Counted from the stretch's first letter, positions 25,130 to 38,730 are shown. The stretch: 64,000 nt of DNA from Macrostomum hystrix (GCA_950097015.1 CATNEN010000001.1:5766001-5830000), one strand, 5' to 3'. Numbers and translations: made by a program. Notes: generated by a model not told the origin, from the sequence alone.

Positions 25130-27040
25130 CAACTTGAGACGTTTCTTTGGCAGATTCCTACTCGGTAACGATTAACTGCACTTAGTAGATTCCTGCTAAA
25201 AAATCTTTAGTTTTAGTCTATTCCTCGGCAGATTCCAACTTAGAAACTTTATTTGACTTTAGACAATTTCTCATGAGATTCCAGTTCGTCAGATTCCTAC
25301 GTCAGAAACTTTTTTCGATTTAAGACGACTTCATGGCAGATTCCTTCTTAGAAGCTTTATTTAAATTGAGACGATTCCAGGGCAGATTCCAATTTAGAGA
25401 CTTTATTCGATTTGAGACGATTCCATGGCAGATTCCAATTTAGAAAACTTATTCGAGTTGAGACGATTCCATGGCAGATTCCAATTTAGAAAACTTATTC
25501 GAGTTGAGACGATTCCATGGCAGATTCCAATTTAGAAAACTTATTCGCGTTGAGACGATTCCATGGCAGATTCCAATTTAGAAAACTTATTCGAGTTGAG
25601 ACGATTCCATGGCAGATTCCAATTTAGAAAACTTTTTCGCGTTGAGACGATTCCATGGCAGATTCCAATTTAGAAAACTTATTCGCGTTGAGACGATTCC
25701 ATGGCAGATTCCAATTTAGAAAACTTATTCGAGTTGAGACGATTTCAGGGCAGATTCCAATTTAGAAAACTTATTCGAGTTGAGACGATTCCATGGCAGA
25801 TTCCAATTTAGAAAACTTATTCGAGTTGAGACGATTCCTTTGTAGATTTCTACTTTGAAATTTTATTCGAGTTGAGACGATTCCTCGTCAGATTCCAATT
25901 TAGAAACCTTATTCGAGTTAAGACGATTCCTCGTCAGATTCCAATTTAGAAACCTTATTCGAGTTGAGACGATTCCATGGCAGATTCCAATTTAGAAACC
26001 TTATTCGAGTTGAGACGATTCCTTTGTAGATTTCTACTTTGAAATTTTATTCGAGTTGAGACGATTCGTCGCCGGATTCCAATTTAGAAACCTTATTCGA
26101 GTTGAGACGATTCCTCGTCAGATTCCAATTTAGAAACCTTATTCGAGTTAAGACGATTCCTCGTCAGATTCCAATTTAGAAACCTTATTCGAGTTGAGAC
26201 GATTCCTCAGCGGATTCTATCTTACCAACTTTATTCGAGTTGAGACGATACCTCGTCAGATTCCAATTTAGAAACCTTATTCGAGTTGAGACGATTCCAT
26301 GGCAGATTCCAATTTAGAAACCTTATTCGAGTTGAGACGATTCCATGGCAGATTCCAATTTAGAAACCTTATTCGAGTTAAGACGATTCCTCGTCAGATT
26401 CCAATTTAGAAACCTTATTCGAGTTGAGACGATTCCTCAGCGGATTCTATCTTACCAACTTTATTCGAGTTGAGACGATACCTCGTCAGATTCCAATTTA
26501 GAAACCTTATTCGAGTTGAGACGATTCCATGGCAGATTCCAATTTAGAAACCTTATTCGAGTTGAGACGATTCCTTTGCAGATTTCTACTTTGAAAATTT
26601 ATTCGAGTTGAGACGATTCCTCGTCGGATTCCAATTTAGAAACCTTATTCGAGTTAAGACGATTCCATGGCAGATTCCAATTTAGAAACCTTATTCGAGT
26701 TGAGACGATTCCTTTGCAGATTTCTACTTTGAAAATTTATTCGAGTTGAGACGATTCCTCGTCGGATTCCAATTTAGAAACCTTATTCGAGTTAAGAAGA
26801 TTCTTTTGCAGATTCCTACTTAGAAACCTTATTCGAGTTAAGACGATTCCTCAGCGGATCCCTACTTAGAAGCTGTACTCAACTTAAGACGATTCCTCGT
26901 CAGATTGCAATTTAGAAACTCTATTCGAGTTAAGACGATTCCTCAGCGGATCCCTACTTAGAAGCTGTACTCAAATTGAGACGATTCCTCGGCAGATTTC
27001 TAGTTAGAAACGGTTAAGCCGATTCCTGGGCGGATTCCCT
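25130..27040. repeat. 46-bp minisatellite (GAGACGATTCCATGGCAGATTCCAATTTAGAAAACTTATTCGAGTT)n with degenerate edges
   Basis: AGACG at 25461 and 25507; homogeneous centre, diverged flanking units. Confidence 0.95.
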
Positions 27041-28106
27041 ACCTACAGAAAGTCCAAAATCAAAATGAAATGTAGAAGTTTAATAACACTTTCAGCATCA
27101 GTTAGATAAGTTAGTGTCAGAAAAACGCTGAACTGCTTTGTCCATCGCAATTTGTATCGCACAAAAATGAATTAAGAAAAAAATAGGCTAAATACAGCAA
27201 TTGCTTATAGCTCGTAAAATAAAAAATCATGCATTCGTACGCGTGCAGACACCAAAGTAGTTTAAGAGGCCAATTAAACAGTAAACTAACCTGATAGGAA
27301 AGTACTTTATTAGACGCATAAAGATAAGACTTCAGTAGAATTAATTAAAAACATTTCTTATAGAATTTATAAACAGCCACTTACCATTGTTTGACATGCT
27401 TTAACTAAATTACAAATAATGTAACAACAATAAACAAAAAATGATTGCATTTCTTAATAAACGCTGACACCAGAATGCAAGAGAACCTACTCAGCTAAGA
27501 ATTAGGCTAGGACGAAACTGGCAAAGCAAAATAAGCAAAAACCATAAGCTCTTAGGTTGTTATTCAATAAAGCAAGCTTGAGAAAAAGAATTATGATCAA
27601 TGCCAAACAAATAGAAACATTCCTTACTAGACTGGTTCACAATTTATAAGCATATTAAAACACCGCAATCACCTAGAACTACTTCTACTTACTACTTGTA
27701 GCTCGTAAGTAGTAGAAGTCGCAAATTTAGCGAAAGAAAAACGAACAAGCATTCTTAGAAAACGGGACAAAACAAAAAAACGTGTCTATTATAACAAGCG
27801 CTGAGAAAAGCGAAAAGCGAAAATGAACTCAAATTGAAGAATAATATACAAAAAAGAAACAATAAACATGAAAATTCTAAAGCTGCGGTCAATTATCTGC
27901 ATTATTATTGCATAAACATCATATCAATTAAATGTGAGATTGCTATTGTAAACATAATGCGAATTTTTTGCATTATGTGTTCCGTTTGAATTACAAAATA
28001 TTGCTGCAATTATTAAGGAAACAAATAACAGACTACTATAAGTAGACTTTTATATAACTGTCAAATTGTTAATATAATAAAGAGTAAAAACAACAATAGC
28101 GAGTAT

Positions 28107-29523
28107 CTACTGCCAAACTGGAGCCGTGTGCTTCCAAGCCACGCTGGATGTGGAAACTGTGGGAGCAACACCGCTGCCCGAGGATACCACAAAGCTGTGC
28201 GACATCTGCTGCTGCTGCTGCTGCTGGCCAAGGTGCAGCCCAGACTGAGGTACCGGCGGTATGGTCATCGGCATGGAGGTACGGCTGTGCGAGGAAGCTG
28301 AGCTGCTGTCTGCGATGGTGGATATACAGCGTGGATCAACTAATTTAGCCTGATCATTGTACAGCCCAAGAATCTTCCCCTACCCCTGTTCAACCCCCCA
28401 AGGATCCTCCCTCACCCCTGTTCTACCCCAAGGATCTTCTCTCACCCCTGCTCTACCCAATGAATCCTCCCCCCACCCCTGTTCTACCCCAAGGATCTTC
28501 CCTCACACCTGTTCTACCCCCAAGGATCTTCCCTCACACCTGTTCTACCCCCAAGGATCCTCCCTCACCCCTGTTCTACCCCAAGGATCTTCTCTCACCC
28601 CTGCTCTACCCAATGAATCCTCCCCCACCCCTGTTCTACCCCAAGGATCTTCTCTCACCCCTGCTCTACCCAATGAATCCTCCCCCACCCCTGTTCTACC
28701 CCAAGGATCTTCCCTCACACCTGTTCTACCCCCAAGGATCTTCCCTCACACCTGTTCTACACCAAGGATATTCTCTCACACCTGTTCTACCCCAAGGATA
28801 TTCTCTCACCCCTGTTCTACCCCAAGGATCCCTCACCCCTGTTCTACCCCAAGAATCCCTCACCACTGCTCTACCCCAAGAATCCCTCACCCCTGCTCTA
28901 CCCCAAGGATCCCTCACCATTGTTCTACCCCAATAATCCCTCACCCCTGTTCTACCCCAAGGATCCCTCACCCAAGTTCTACCCCAAGGATCACTCACCA
29001 CTGTTCTACCCCAAGAATCCCTCACCCCTGTTCTACCCCAAGGATCCCTCACCCAAGTTCTACCCCAAGGATCACTCACCACTGTTCTACCCCAAGAATC
29101 CCTCACCCCTGCTCTACCCCAAGGATCCCTCACCCCTGCTCTACCCCAAGGATCACTCACCACTGTTCTACCCCAAGGATCCCCCACCACTGTTCTACCC
29201 CTAAGATCTTTTCCCACCACTGCTCTAACCCCAAGGTCTTCCCCATCACCCTAATTCTTCTCACATTATCCCAAGTTTGCTCACCAGAGTTGTCGCTAAC
29301 AACGGATGCAGAATTAGCAGGAGGCATGGCGCCCATTGGTGTCGGAGTCATGCCCTGATGATGACCCTGCTGCTGCTGGTGCTGCTGCTGTTGCTGCTGC
29401 ATGAGCACACTGCTGTACTGACTGACACTCTCAGTGTCTGTTGTACCATACAGGCTTGGGTAACTTGGTGGCGGAGCACCCCAAGCTCCTTGAGGCGGCG
29501 GCGGCGGCATCTGATGATGATGG

Positions 29524-29562
<39 letters not shown>

Positions 29563-32500
29563 GCGGACATTAATCCCATTGGATACTGTTGGGGTGGCTG
29601 CGGCTGAGGCTGTGTCATTCCGATATCGCCGCCGCCATCGATCAGGTTGAGCTTGGATAGACCCAGAGTGGGCAGGGGTGGCACAGAATCCAGCTGCATC
29701 ATCTGCAGGTGACTCTGATGCCCGATTCCGTCGCCGAATACGTAGTAGCACTGCTCCGAGAAGCTGACCTTGTTCACCGTGTGCCTAATATAGCCGCGCT
29801 TCAACATTTCTAGGGCCATCTTGCGAGCCTCCTTGCGCTCGGAAAAGCCTTCGACGCGTGAGTAGAGCCAGTCGACTAGGTCTGAGCCTGGCATGGGGTT
29901 GGAGATGGCGACACGATCATTATTGCTATCCCAACGATTATCCCTATGGTCATTATTGCTATCCCAACGATTATCCCTATGGTCATTATAGTTATCCCAA
30001 CGATTATCCCTATGGTCATTATAGTTATCCCAACGATTATCCCTATGGTCATTATTGCTATCCCAACGATTATCCCTATGGTCATTATAGTTATCCCAAC
30101 GATTTATCCCCATGGTCATTAGAGTTATCCCAACGACTTATGCTCATGATCATTATAGTTATCCCAACGATTTATCCACATGGTCATTATAGTTATCCCA
30201 AGGATTTATCCCCATGGTCATTATAGTTATCCCAACGATTTATCCCCATGGTCATTATAGTTATCCCAAGGATTTATCCCCATGGTCATTAGAGTTATCC
30301 CAACGATTTATCCCCATGGTCATTATAGTTATCCCAAGGATTTATCCCCATGGTCATTATAGTTATCCCAAGGATTTATCCCTATGATCATAATAGTTAT
30401 CCCAACGATTTATCCACATGGTCATTATAGTTATCCCAAGGATTTATCCCCATGGTCATTATAGTTATCCCAACGATTTATCCCCATGGTCATTAGAGTT
30501 ATCCCAACGACTAATGCTCATGATCATTATAGCTATCCCTAGGATTTATCCCCATGATCATTATAGTTATCCCAACGATTTATCCCCTTGGTCATTATAG
30601 TTAATCCGAATGATTTTTTCCCTCGGTCATTGAATATAACCTACAAATTTATATTTTTAGCAATTTAGTATAGATAACCGAATTATTTAGCCCAGAAGGC
30701 AGGACAGTTATTACTCAACTTATTCGTCAGTGATATTAGTTAAGTCAAATGATTAAACAAAGCGCAGTTAACAAATAACAAACCAATAAAAGCTCGCGGT
30801 ATAGTGATCTTGAGCCACGTGCGGTCTCGCACCTCAAGGCCCGACTCTGGCATAGCCATGGCTTTCACAATGGTCAGCAAATCGGTGCGCGTAGTCAGGG
30901 GCGGCATGAGTTCTTCAACTGTGTACCTCTCAGACTCGGGCAGCGAACAGGACGATGTGCTCACACTTGCAGCTGTGATGTTGGGCAATGTGGTCGGTGA
31001 AAATGTAGAAGAGTATAGGTAGATTTCCAGTAGGCAATTCGCATCTTTTAAAGCAAAACGAAAAAACAGCCACAATATGAATTATAAAAGTTATCTATGG
31101 AAGATCTTTCAGCAGTGTGATTAGACCAATTCTCTTGAAGTGCTGCCAGCAAACCGAGAAATTAAAATGTTCTGAAAGCATAGCACCATCCTTTTATTGT
31201 TTACAAAAGCTGCCAAATGTTTTACGCAGTATAAGCAACGCTTATACTTAGCTTCATTTTATTACAATCTCAGACAAGAACTTCCAGACGCCCCCGATGT
31301 GAACCACTCAACCATTAGCCGCGCTCCTGACGGCCAGCTAATTACGCTAAAACTTGTTCGACAGGTGCCCTGTTCGCTATCTTTTGTGCCTGGAATCGGT
31401 TCGGACTTAACTTGTGGACTGCGCGGACACAAGGCAGAGCTCCACGTGGCGATCGAGCCGTAACAATCGTCAATGGCCAGCGTGGACGAAATCTGCTTGG
31501 TCTTGTGCACTTTGCTCTGGTCGAAGGCAGATTTCGCGATGAGCACGACGCTAAATTTTTGTCAGAGATCGATCAGGTCGAGGGAGATTTCGTCGTTCTG
31601 TTTGACGGAACAAGGGCCCATCTCAACGTTCCTGTGATGTCGAACGGTCATGACTTTCACTTTCTGCCGCAATATTCAACTTTCATCAACCCAGCAGAGA
31701 GGGCAGGATCAGCACTGAAGGCAGCTTTAAAGCTGACAATTCAAACCACTGCCATCCAACAGGAAGTCGCTGACAGAAATTTGGCACTGGCAGTGAATAC
31801 CACGATGGAACGGCATGGCACGTCAGTGCTCAAGCGTGAGCGTCATCACCCAAGAGAAATGCATTCAGTGGGTGAATAATACTCAGATGTACATTCAGAG
31901 GTGTCTGCTGCTAATTGACATCTTTGATTGAATGGCAAGCAACAGACGACTCTATTTATATCAACTCAGTCATTGACTTTTACAACTTAATTGTGCAGTG
32001 TGTCAGCTCATTCCCTGTTAGTTTTAGTTGATTAGTTTTTTAAATGAAATTCGTTTTGGGCAAATTTGATCGCAGTTTAGGCAAAGTTGAATGCAGTTTC
32101 AAGGATTTATCCATGGAATTTTCATCCTTCATCATTTTCATCGAAAGCTGTTTCATCCTAGATGGAATTTTCTAATAGGTGTTTCAACCTAGATAAAATC
32201 TTTCGAAAGCTGTTTCAACCTCCATGGAATCTTCCGAAAGCTGTGTCATCCTAGATGCATGTAATCTTCCGAAAGCAGTGTTAAGCTAGATGGAATCTTC
32301 CGAAAGCTGTTTCATCCTAGATGCATGGAATCTTCCGAAAGCTGTTTCAAGCTAGATGGAATCTTCCGAAAGCTGTTTCATCCTAGATGCATGGAATCTT
32401 CCGAAAGCTGTTTCACCCTAGATGCACGGAATCTTCCGAAAGCAGTTTCATCCTAGATGCATGGAATCTTCCGAAAGCAGTTTCATCCTAGATGCATGGA

Positions 32501-34362
32501 ATCTTCCGAAAGCTGTTTCATCCTATATGGAATTTTCTAAAATGTGTTTTAACCTTCATGGAATCTTCCGAAAGCAGTCTCAACCAAGATGGAATCTTTC
32601 GAAAGCTGTTTCAACCTTCGTGGAATCTTCCGAAATGTGTTTTAGACATACAGAAATGCAACTTACCAGTGACGGTGAGCCGACTATCGCACAAATTCTC
32701 TCCGCCCATGCAGGAAGCAGCGGGGGTGATTTGAGACGATCCGCCGCCACCGCCGCCGGGTCCTCCGTGATCCTGTCGCATAGCGTTGGTGTGCAGAACC
32801 CACGCCCTGGGATCGATAGGCCTAACTGGTTCTTCTCTGGGCACGCGCAGGTAGTCCCTGGAATCCCAGCATTTGGCCACAACTAGCGTGATCTTTCCCG
32901 GCTTCTGAACCTGTTCGCGTAGGATTCTAACAGCTTCGTCGTTTTCCAGATTCTCAAAGGTGACACCGTTGACTTCTAACAGCATGTCGCCTGGCTGGAT
33001 GCTGCCCTCGCGTTCAACGGCGCCACCGCGCATGATGGAGCCGACGTAGATGCCGCCGGAGCCGCCGTTTACGGCAGGGTGGCCAACTATGCTGATTCCT
33101 AGAAACTGCACCGCGTCCATGTCCAGCTCCACTGTTTGAACGTTCAATGAGAAGGCCGACTCCGTGATGCTGCTGAATGACGAAGTCTGCGGAATTTAAC
33201 GAAAATCAATGCAATAATCTATGGCCAAAAAACTCGGAAATAAATCAACGGCATTAGGTAATTTTATATGGTCAAACCCTATCATTTAAATAATCTATAG
33301 CAGTTAAACCAAGTCAATACAATACCAAGTCTATGGCCAAACCTGAAAAAACTAATCTATCACATTGAGTTATGGTTTATGGTCGAACCCTATAATGTAA
33401 ATAGTCTATGGCCTTACCCGACTGATCGGAGGTCCGCGTCTTCGCCGCCTCTGTCGCTGCCTATTCTGCAGATTCAATCTATTATTAGCTGGACCGCCCA
33501 TTGAGTAGGTGGTGTTCGTCGCGGTGCTGAATCTGCTGCTCTCGGCGTCGTCTTCGCTATCAAAGAATGACGTGGTGTCCAGATCGCTAGACAGCATACT
33601 GCTGGCCGACTCGTACGTGGCGGACTGGGACCCCCCAGCCTGATGATGATGGTGATGCCTGGAGCTGTACACGCGACCGACGTTGATGCGTTGGGCTGCA
33701 AATATTGTTTATGACTGAGTGTTTAAGAATAGCTTTCGATCAACAGCTTAACAGCCACTATCATAAATGCCACAGCATTTATCAATGAGCTCATATATCA
33801 CAGCTATCAATCAATAAATCAATCAGACAATGTCAGAGCTCTATCAATCAATCAACTAATTTCACAGCTCAATCAATCAATCGGCTAATGTCACAGCTCA
33901 ACCAATCAATCGGCTAATGTCACAGCTCAACCAATCAATCGGCTAATGTCACAGCTCAATCAATCAATCGGCTAATGTCACAGCTCAACCAATCAATCGG
34001 CTAATGTCACAGCTCAACCAATCAATCGGCTAATGTCACAGCTCAACCAATCAATCGGCTAATGTCACAGCTCAACCAATCAATCGGCTAATGTCACAGC
34101 TCAATCAATCAATCGGCTAATGTCACAGCTCAACCAATCAATCGGCTAATGTCACAGCTCAATCAATCAATCAGCTGATCTCCCTGCCAACAAGCAGGTG
34201 CACTAACCATGTTGCCTATAATCGTTGAAGCTCCTCAAAGGAGCCACCCTGTCGCCGCGTTGCGAAGCGCTGTACACACTCTCCGAGTCAGTGCACGAGT
34301 CGCATCCGTTGTCATCGGCACCAGCTCCTCCACCGCCAGTGGCGCCGCCGCCACCACCCGCC

Positions 34363-34394
<32 letters not shown>

Positions 34395-37300
34395 ATTTTC
34401 AGAATGTACACTGCCCTCTGCGTCAGCGGAGACCAACTGAAAAATGTATTAAGCTAGCCGATGTAAAAAAGCTTTTAACTCCGAGGCAAATATTTCGATA
34501 TCATATTATTTACCAAGCTAAAGTAACGAATCTCTTGGATAGAAAATGAAAAAAATCGCCAAAAACCTCCCAAGTCGAGGGTAAGTGAACAAAAATTGCA
34601 CCTATGGATCCCATTTTTACTTTCTCTGCTATATGACATTATACACACACACACACACACACAAACACACGCAGAGGGATTTTGAATACATCTGGCTTTC
34701 TTTGGAAGGGATAATACCACTGCAGTTTCACCACACACACACACAAGTCACTCCAAGTCAAGACGGCCTATATTTCCTACCATTTAGATTCGCGATACGG
34801 CTAGAATGATGCGCAGTCATTGAAAGCACGCACACACAAAATGCATAGTAAGATCTTAATGCACTAAAAAGCTTTTCGCCATATTCATTCAGCTTAAAAT
34901 CGACAGCAACACTATTCCATTTTCGCAAAGTATCCTTTTTTAATAAACTGGCTTAAATCATCTTAAAAACGCAAAATGGAAAAAAATCCTAAAGTACACA
35001 AGTACTGGAGGATTACTGAAGTATCAGAGGATCGCAGAAATAATAGAAGATAACTGAAGTATCAGAGGATTACAGAAGTATCAGAGGATTACAGAAGTAT
35101 CAGAGGATTACTGAAGTATCAGAGGACTACTGAAGTATCAGAGGACTACTGAAGTATCAGAGGATTACAGAAGTATCAGAGGATTACTGAAGTATCAGAG
35201 GATTACAGAAGTATCAGAGGATTACAGAAGTATCAGAGGATTACTGAAGTAATAGAAGATCACTGAAGTATCAGAGGATTACTGAAGTATCAGAGGATTA
35301 CAGAAGTAATAGAAGATCACTGAAGTATCAGAGGATTACTGAAGTATCAGAGGATTACAGAAGTAATAGAAGATCACTGAAGTATCAGAGGATTACAGAA
35401 GTAATAGAAGATCACTGAAGTATCAGAGGATTACAGAAGTAATAGAAGATCACTGAAGTATCAGAGGATTACAGAAGTAATAGAAGATCACTGAAGTATC
35501 AGAGGACTAATGAAGTATCAGAGGATTACAGAAGTAATAGAAGATCACTGAAGTATCAGAGGATCACTGAAGTATCAGAGGATCACTGAAGTATCAGAGG
35601 ATCACTGAAGTATCAGAGGATCACTGAAGTATCAGAGGATCACTGAAGTACCAGAGGATTACAGAAGTATCTGAAGATTACTGAAGTATCAGAGGACTAC
35701 TGAAGTATCAGAGGATTACAGAAGTATCTGAAGATTACTGAAGTATCAGAGGACTACTGAAGTATCAGAGGACTACTGAAGTATCAGAGGATTACTGAAG
35801 TAGCAGAGGACTACTGAAGTATCAGAGGATTACAGAAAATTACAGGATTATAGGAAAAATAGAGGATTTTAGAAGCAGTCCTGAAGAACCTAAAGGTAGG
35901 AAATCTGTGTTTTTAATCCTTTAAAAATACTACATTTAAAATGCAGACATCACAAAGCTCTTAACTTACCCAAGAAACAACACGTCCATTGCAGCATGGC
36001 AGATTGGCATTGTCATCAGTTATTTCCTCTTTGACAACTCTGTATCAATTAGATAAGGTAATATTTAATAGTTCAAATCAATAAGCCTCTCAGAGAGACG
36101 CCGCTGGTGCACAGAGCGCCACACTAAATAGGGCTGGGCAAGGCCAACACTAAGGGGGGCAGCCCTGCAACCAGGCAACGTGCATGCACCCCGCACCAAT
36201 GCACAAGCCCCGAACCCCCTGGTTTAACCTCCAACCAAGCTACCAAAAGATCAAGATAATTAACATTTCAGAATCTACTACAATTTTTTGTCTTATTTAT
36301 TTAGTTAGTTAATAATATAGCTTGCTAATTACAACATGTAAAAGCCTATTAATCCAGTCCCCAGACTATTATAAACAATAGCAATGATATTTGTATCATT
36401 GTAAACCTTTTATTCCTATAAGATAGAATATTCCTTTTTTCTTTTACTGTTGCACCAAGTAGTATTGTTAGACTTGCTTCACTTAAAATTTTATACAGTT
36501 GCATATTGTTTTATGTAGAAAAATTTTTTTATTTATTCATTACTGATCCTTTTAATGTATATAATTGAATAGAATATAAAAGTACAAGCATAAGAAAAGA
36601 TGTGCTTATATAGAGCTGCATAGTAAAAAAAGTATTGAAGGGTTCATTAGCTAATTAAAAATTCGAAACCTATTTTGCAAAAAAAACTAAGTAAGAGATT
36701 AAGTATAAAACAATGGAAAAAACATTAGTAGCCAACATTTTACAACTTTCTATTTTGTAATCTTGAAGACTTTCATAATTCAAATGTCCAACAATTGAAT
36801 TATTGTAACAATATCATATTGTAATAACATAATACTAAAGATATACTATTTTGCACTAGGCCCTAGGTTAAATTATAGTATTAACTCTAATTAAACTTTC
36901 ACTAATTTACTAAAAGAAGTTTAAAATGCAACTAACTATTTAAAACAAATTAAAACTATATGAAAAAAAACAGAAAATAACTATTAACAAACAAACAACA
37001 ATCAACAAGTGAATCAGATCATATCAGGTAGTATGCACATACAGCATAACTAGTATGCAACCTAGAAAATATTGAGTTCAAGTAGTTACTCATGGTACAT
37101 AAGAAACATTATCTTTTGTAAAGTAAGTAAATGCACAAAACTAGACAATTGCCTACCCATAGTCCCCATCACAGGGCTATACACCAAAATGAAAATAGAT
37201 TTTTTATCATACATGTGCAACCTCCCAAATCTTAGCCGGCCATGTGACTTAGTTTTTGCTCTATTTATGACTTAGTTTGCTCTCATTTGCTCTCTTTTTC

Positions 37301-38002
37301 TCTCCCCTTTTTCCTTTTCTTCACGCCTCCTTTTTTGTCCCTTGGTCCCCCTTTGATTTTTTTGCGCTTGGTTGATTGGTTTTTGCGACTTACCTTGCTT
37401 GGCCCTTGTTTCACCCGGTTCGGCCGGGTGTTGCACATGAAAGTTTTTTATTGAGAGCCAAGAACTATTTTTTGTATACCAACTCCCAAATCTGTTGCTA
37501 GAGTGAATGATAATATACAAAATAAAATAAATTAATAAAACTATAATAATCTGGAACATAAGCCAAATCAGAAACAAAGAAAACATTTGTACATAACATG
37601 CATAATATCAATAAATGTTATAACAATTATTTAAAAAAATGCTGCATATACTTTTTTACCTTGTTATTACAAGGAAAAGGTAAAGGTAAAAGGTTCACCA
37701 CACTATTTCGCATGTATGCTTCCTTCCAGCCTATGGTTGCCAACATTTACAACATTTACAGTTGCCAACAGCCTAGGCCTATGATTACTAAAGTCAAAGA
37801 CACAATATAATTAGGCCTATGAAAAATTCAATGATACTTACCCAAAGTCAGCATCAACAGACTTGAAAAAAAACTTGTAGTTTGGACGATTTAGTTCATT
37901 TTTAAAATCACCTAGTGTTGCCTTCTCTGGAGGAATTGGAAGTCTAATAAGATATGGAGTGTCTTCATCATCAATATGATATATAATCTTTGTTTCTTCC
38001 AT
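28107..38002 (-). CDS. dvl: Dishevelled (DIX-PDZ-DEP), ~760 aa
   Basis: Exons 38002-37842 ([29 protein letters not shown]), 36039-35970 (VVKEEI..GRVVSW), 34436-34208, 33695-33418 ([19 protein letters not shown]), 33186-32667 ([11 protein letters not shown]..; [17 protein letters not shown]), 30972(or 31044)-30784 ([16 protein letters not shown]), 29887-29285 ([31 protein letters not shown]), 28339-28107. All phases are consistent; the last exon is the least certain. Confidence 0.95.
28365..29250. repeat. 27/30-bp C-rich minisatellite (CCAAGGATCCCTCACCCCTGTTCTACC)n filling the last dvl intron
   Basis: Read directly. Confidence 0.93.
29915..30630. repeat. 33/34-bp minisatellite (GGTCATTATAGTTATCCCAACGATTATCCCTAT)n in dvl intron 6
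   Basis: TCCCTAT at 29941 and 29974. Confidence 0.93.
31262..31930 (+). mobile_element. Decayed IS630/Tc1-mariner (DDE_3-type) transposase remnant in dvl intron 5
   Basis: Frameshifted fragments [23 protein letters not shown] (HTH-like), [30 protein letters not shown] and [13 protein letters not shown] match the remembered family motifs GFNL..R..GRA, DNA..H and FLPPYSPFLNPIE. Confidence 0.8.
32140..32645. repeat. 31/35-bp minisatellite (GGAATCTTCCGAAAGCTGTTTCATCCTAGATGCAT)n in dvl intron 5
   Basis: Read directly. Confidence 0.9.
33855..34173. repeat. 29-bp minisatellite (GGCTAATGTCACAGCTCAACCAATCAATC)n in dvl intron 3
   Basis: Read directly. Confidence 0.95.
35005..35840. repeat. 19-bp minisatellite (CTGAAGTATCAGAGGATTA)n in dvl intron 2
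   Basis: Read directly. Confidence 0.95.
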
Positions 38003-38730
38003 TCAGAAAAAAATAAATCAGGCTTCAATAGACTAAGCAACACAACTTTATATATTAAAATTGTTATGGTCTATGCAGACTGCAGAAATTTCTGTTAGCA
38101 GTTAGCAGATATACGCACTGCACTGTAAATTGAACTTCAGTTCAGTTCAGCGTTCAGGTGGGTGCCATACCTTGAGCTAAAAAAACTGAAAACAACTAGG
38201 AGTAGTACGACAGCATATTAGAACCTACATAAGCAAGTACACGAAGTCTGTCTGATAATATTTATATAAGTAATAAAATCAGTTACGTAAAATTCCAAGC
38301 GCCTGATCGTGATAACAACGGCTCGTAGTCTTACTGAGTCATAAACTAATTAAAATGTAATTCTTTCAAAGTTAAAAAAATTTCGTAACAAAGCCTTAAA
38401 GAACTTTGTGCACTTAAATCGTACATTTACTTTTCAGTTATCTTAATATAGTTGTGCTGAAGTTAAGTATTGCTTTTATAATGTTAATTTTTGTTTTAAT
38501 AAACAAACGCTTTACGGATGCGGAGGCGTTTAAAAATTTACACCGGGACAAATACATATTTTTGCGTTAAAAATAGAGTTTTCACTACATAAAATTGCGT
38601 CTCTTGAATTGGATTTCAGGATTTATATACGCGTACACATATTTAAACTATTCTTTTTTCTTAAAAAAATTCGATAGCTATAATTATTTCTAAAGGAATT
38701 ACCCAAAACTATATTTATTTTTTTCTAACT

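Noticed and set aside
25130-27040. 46-bp array (and the 43-bp array at 55501) as a CRISPR-like locus
   Set aside because: Head-to-tail units with no unique spacers, no cas genes, eukaryotic context.
29888-30119. [11 protein letters not shown] repeats in frame with the DEP exon
   Set aside because: Intronic 33-bp array; the conserved AFIG|SDLVDWL junction places the acceptor at 29888-29889.
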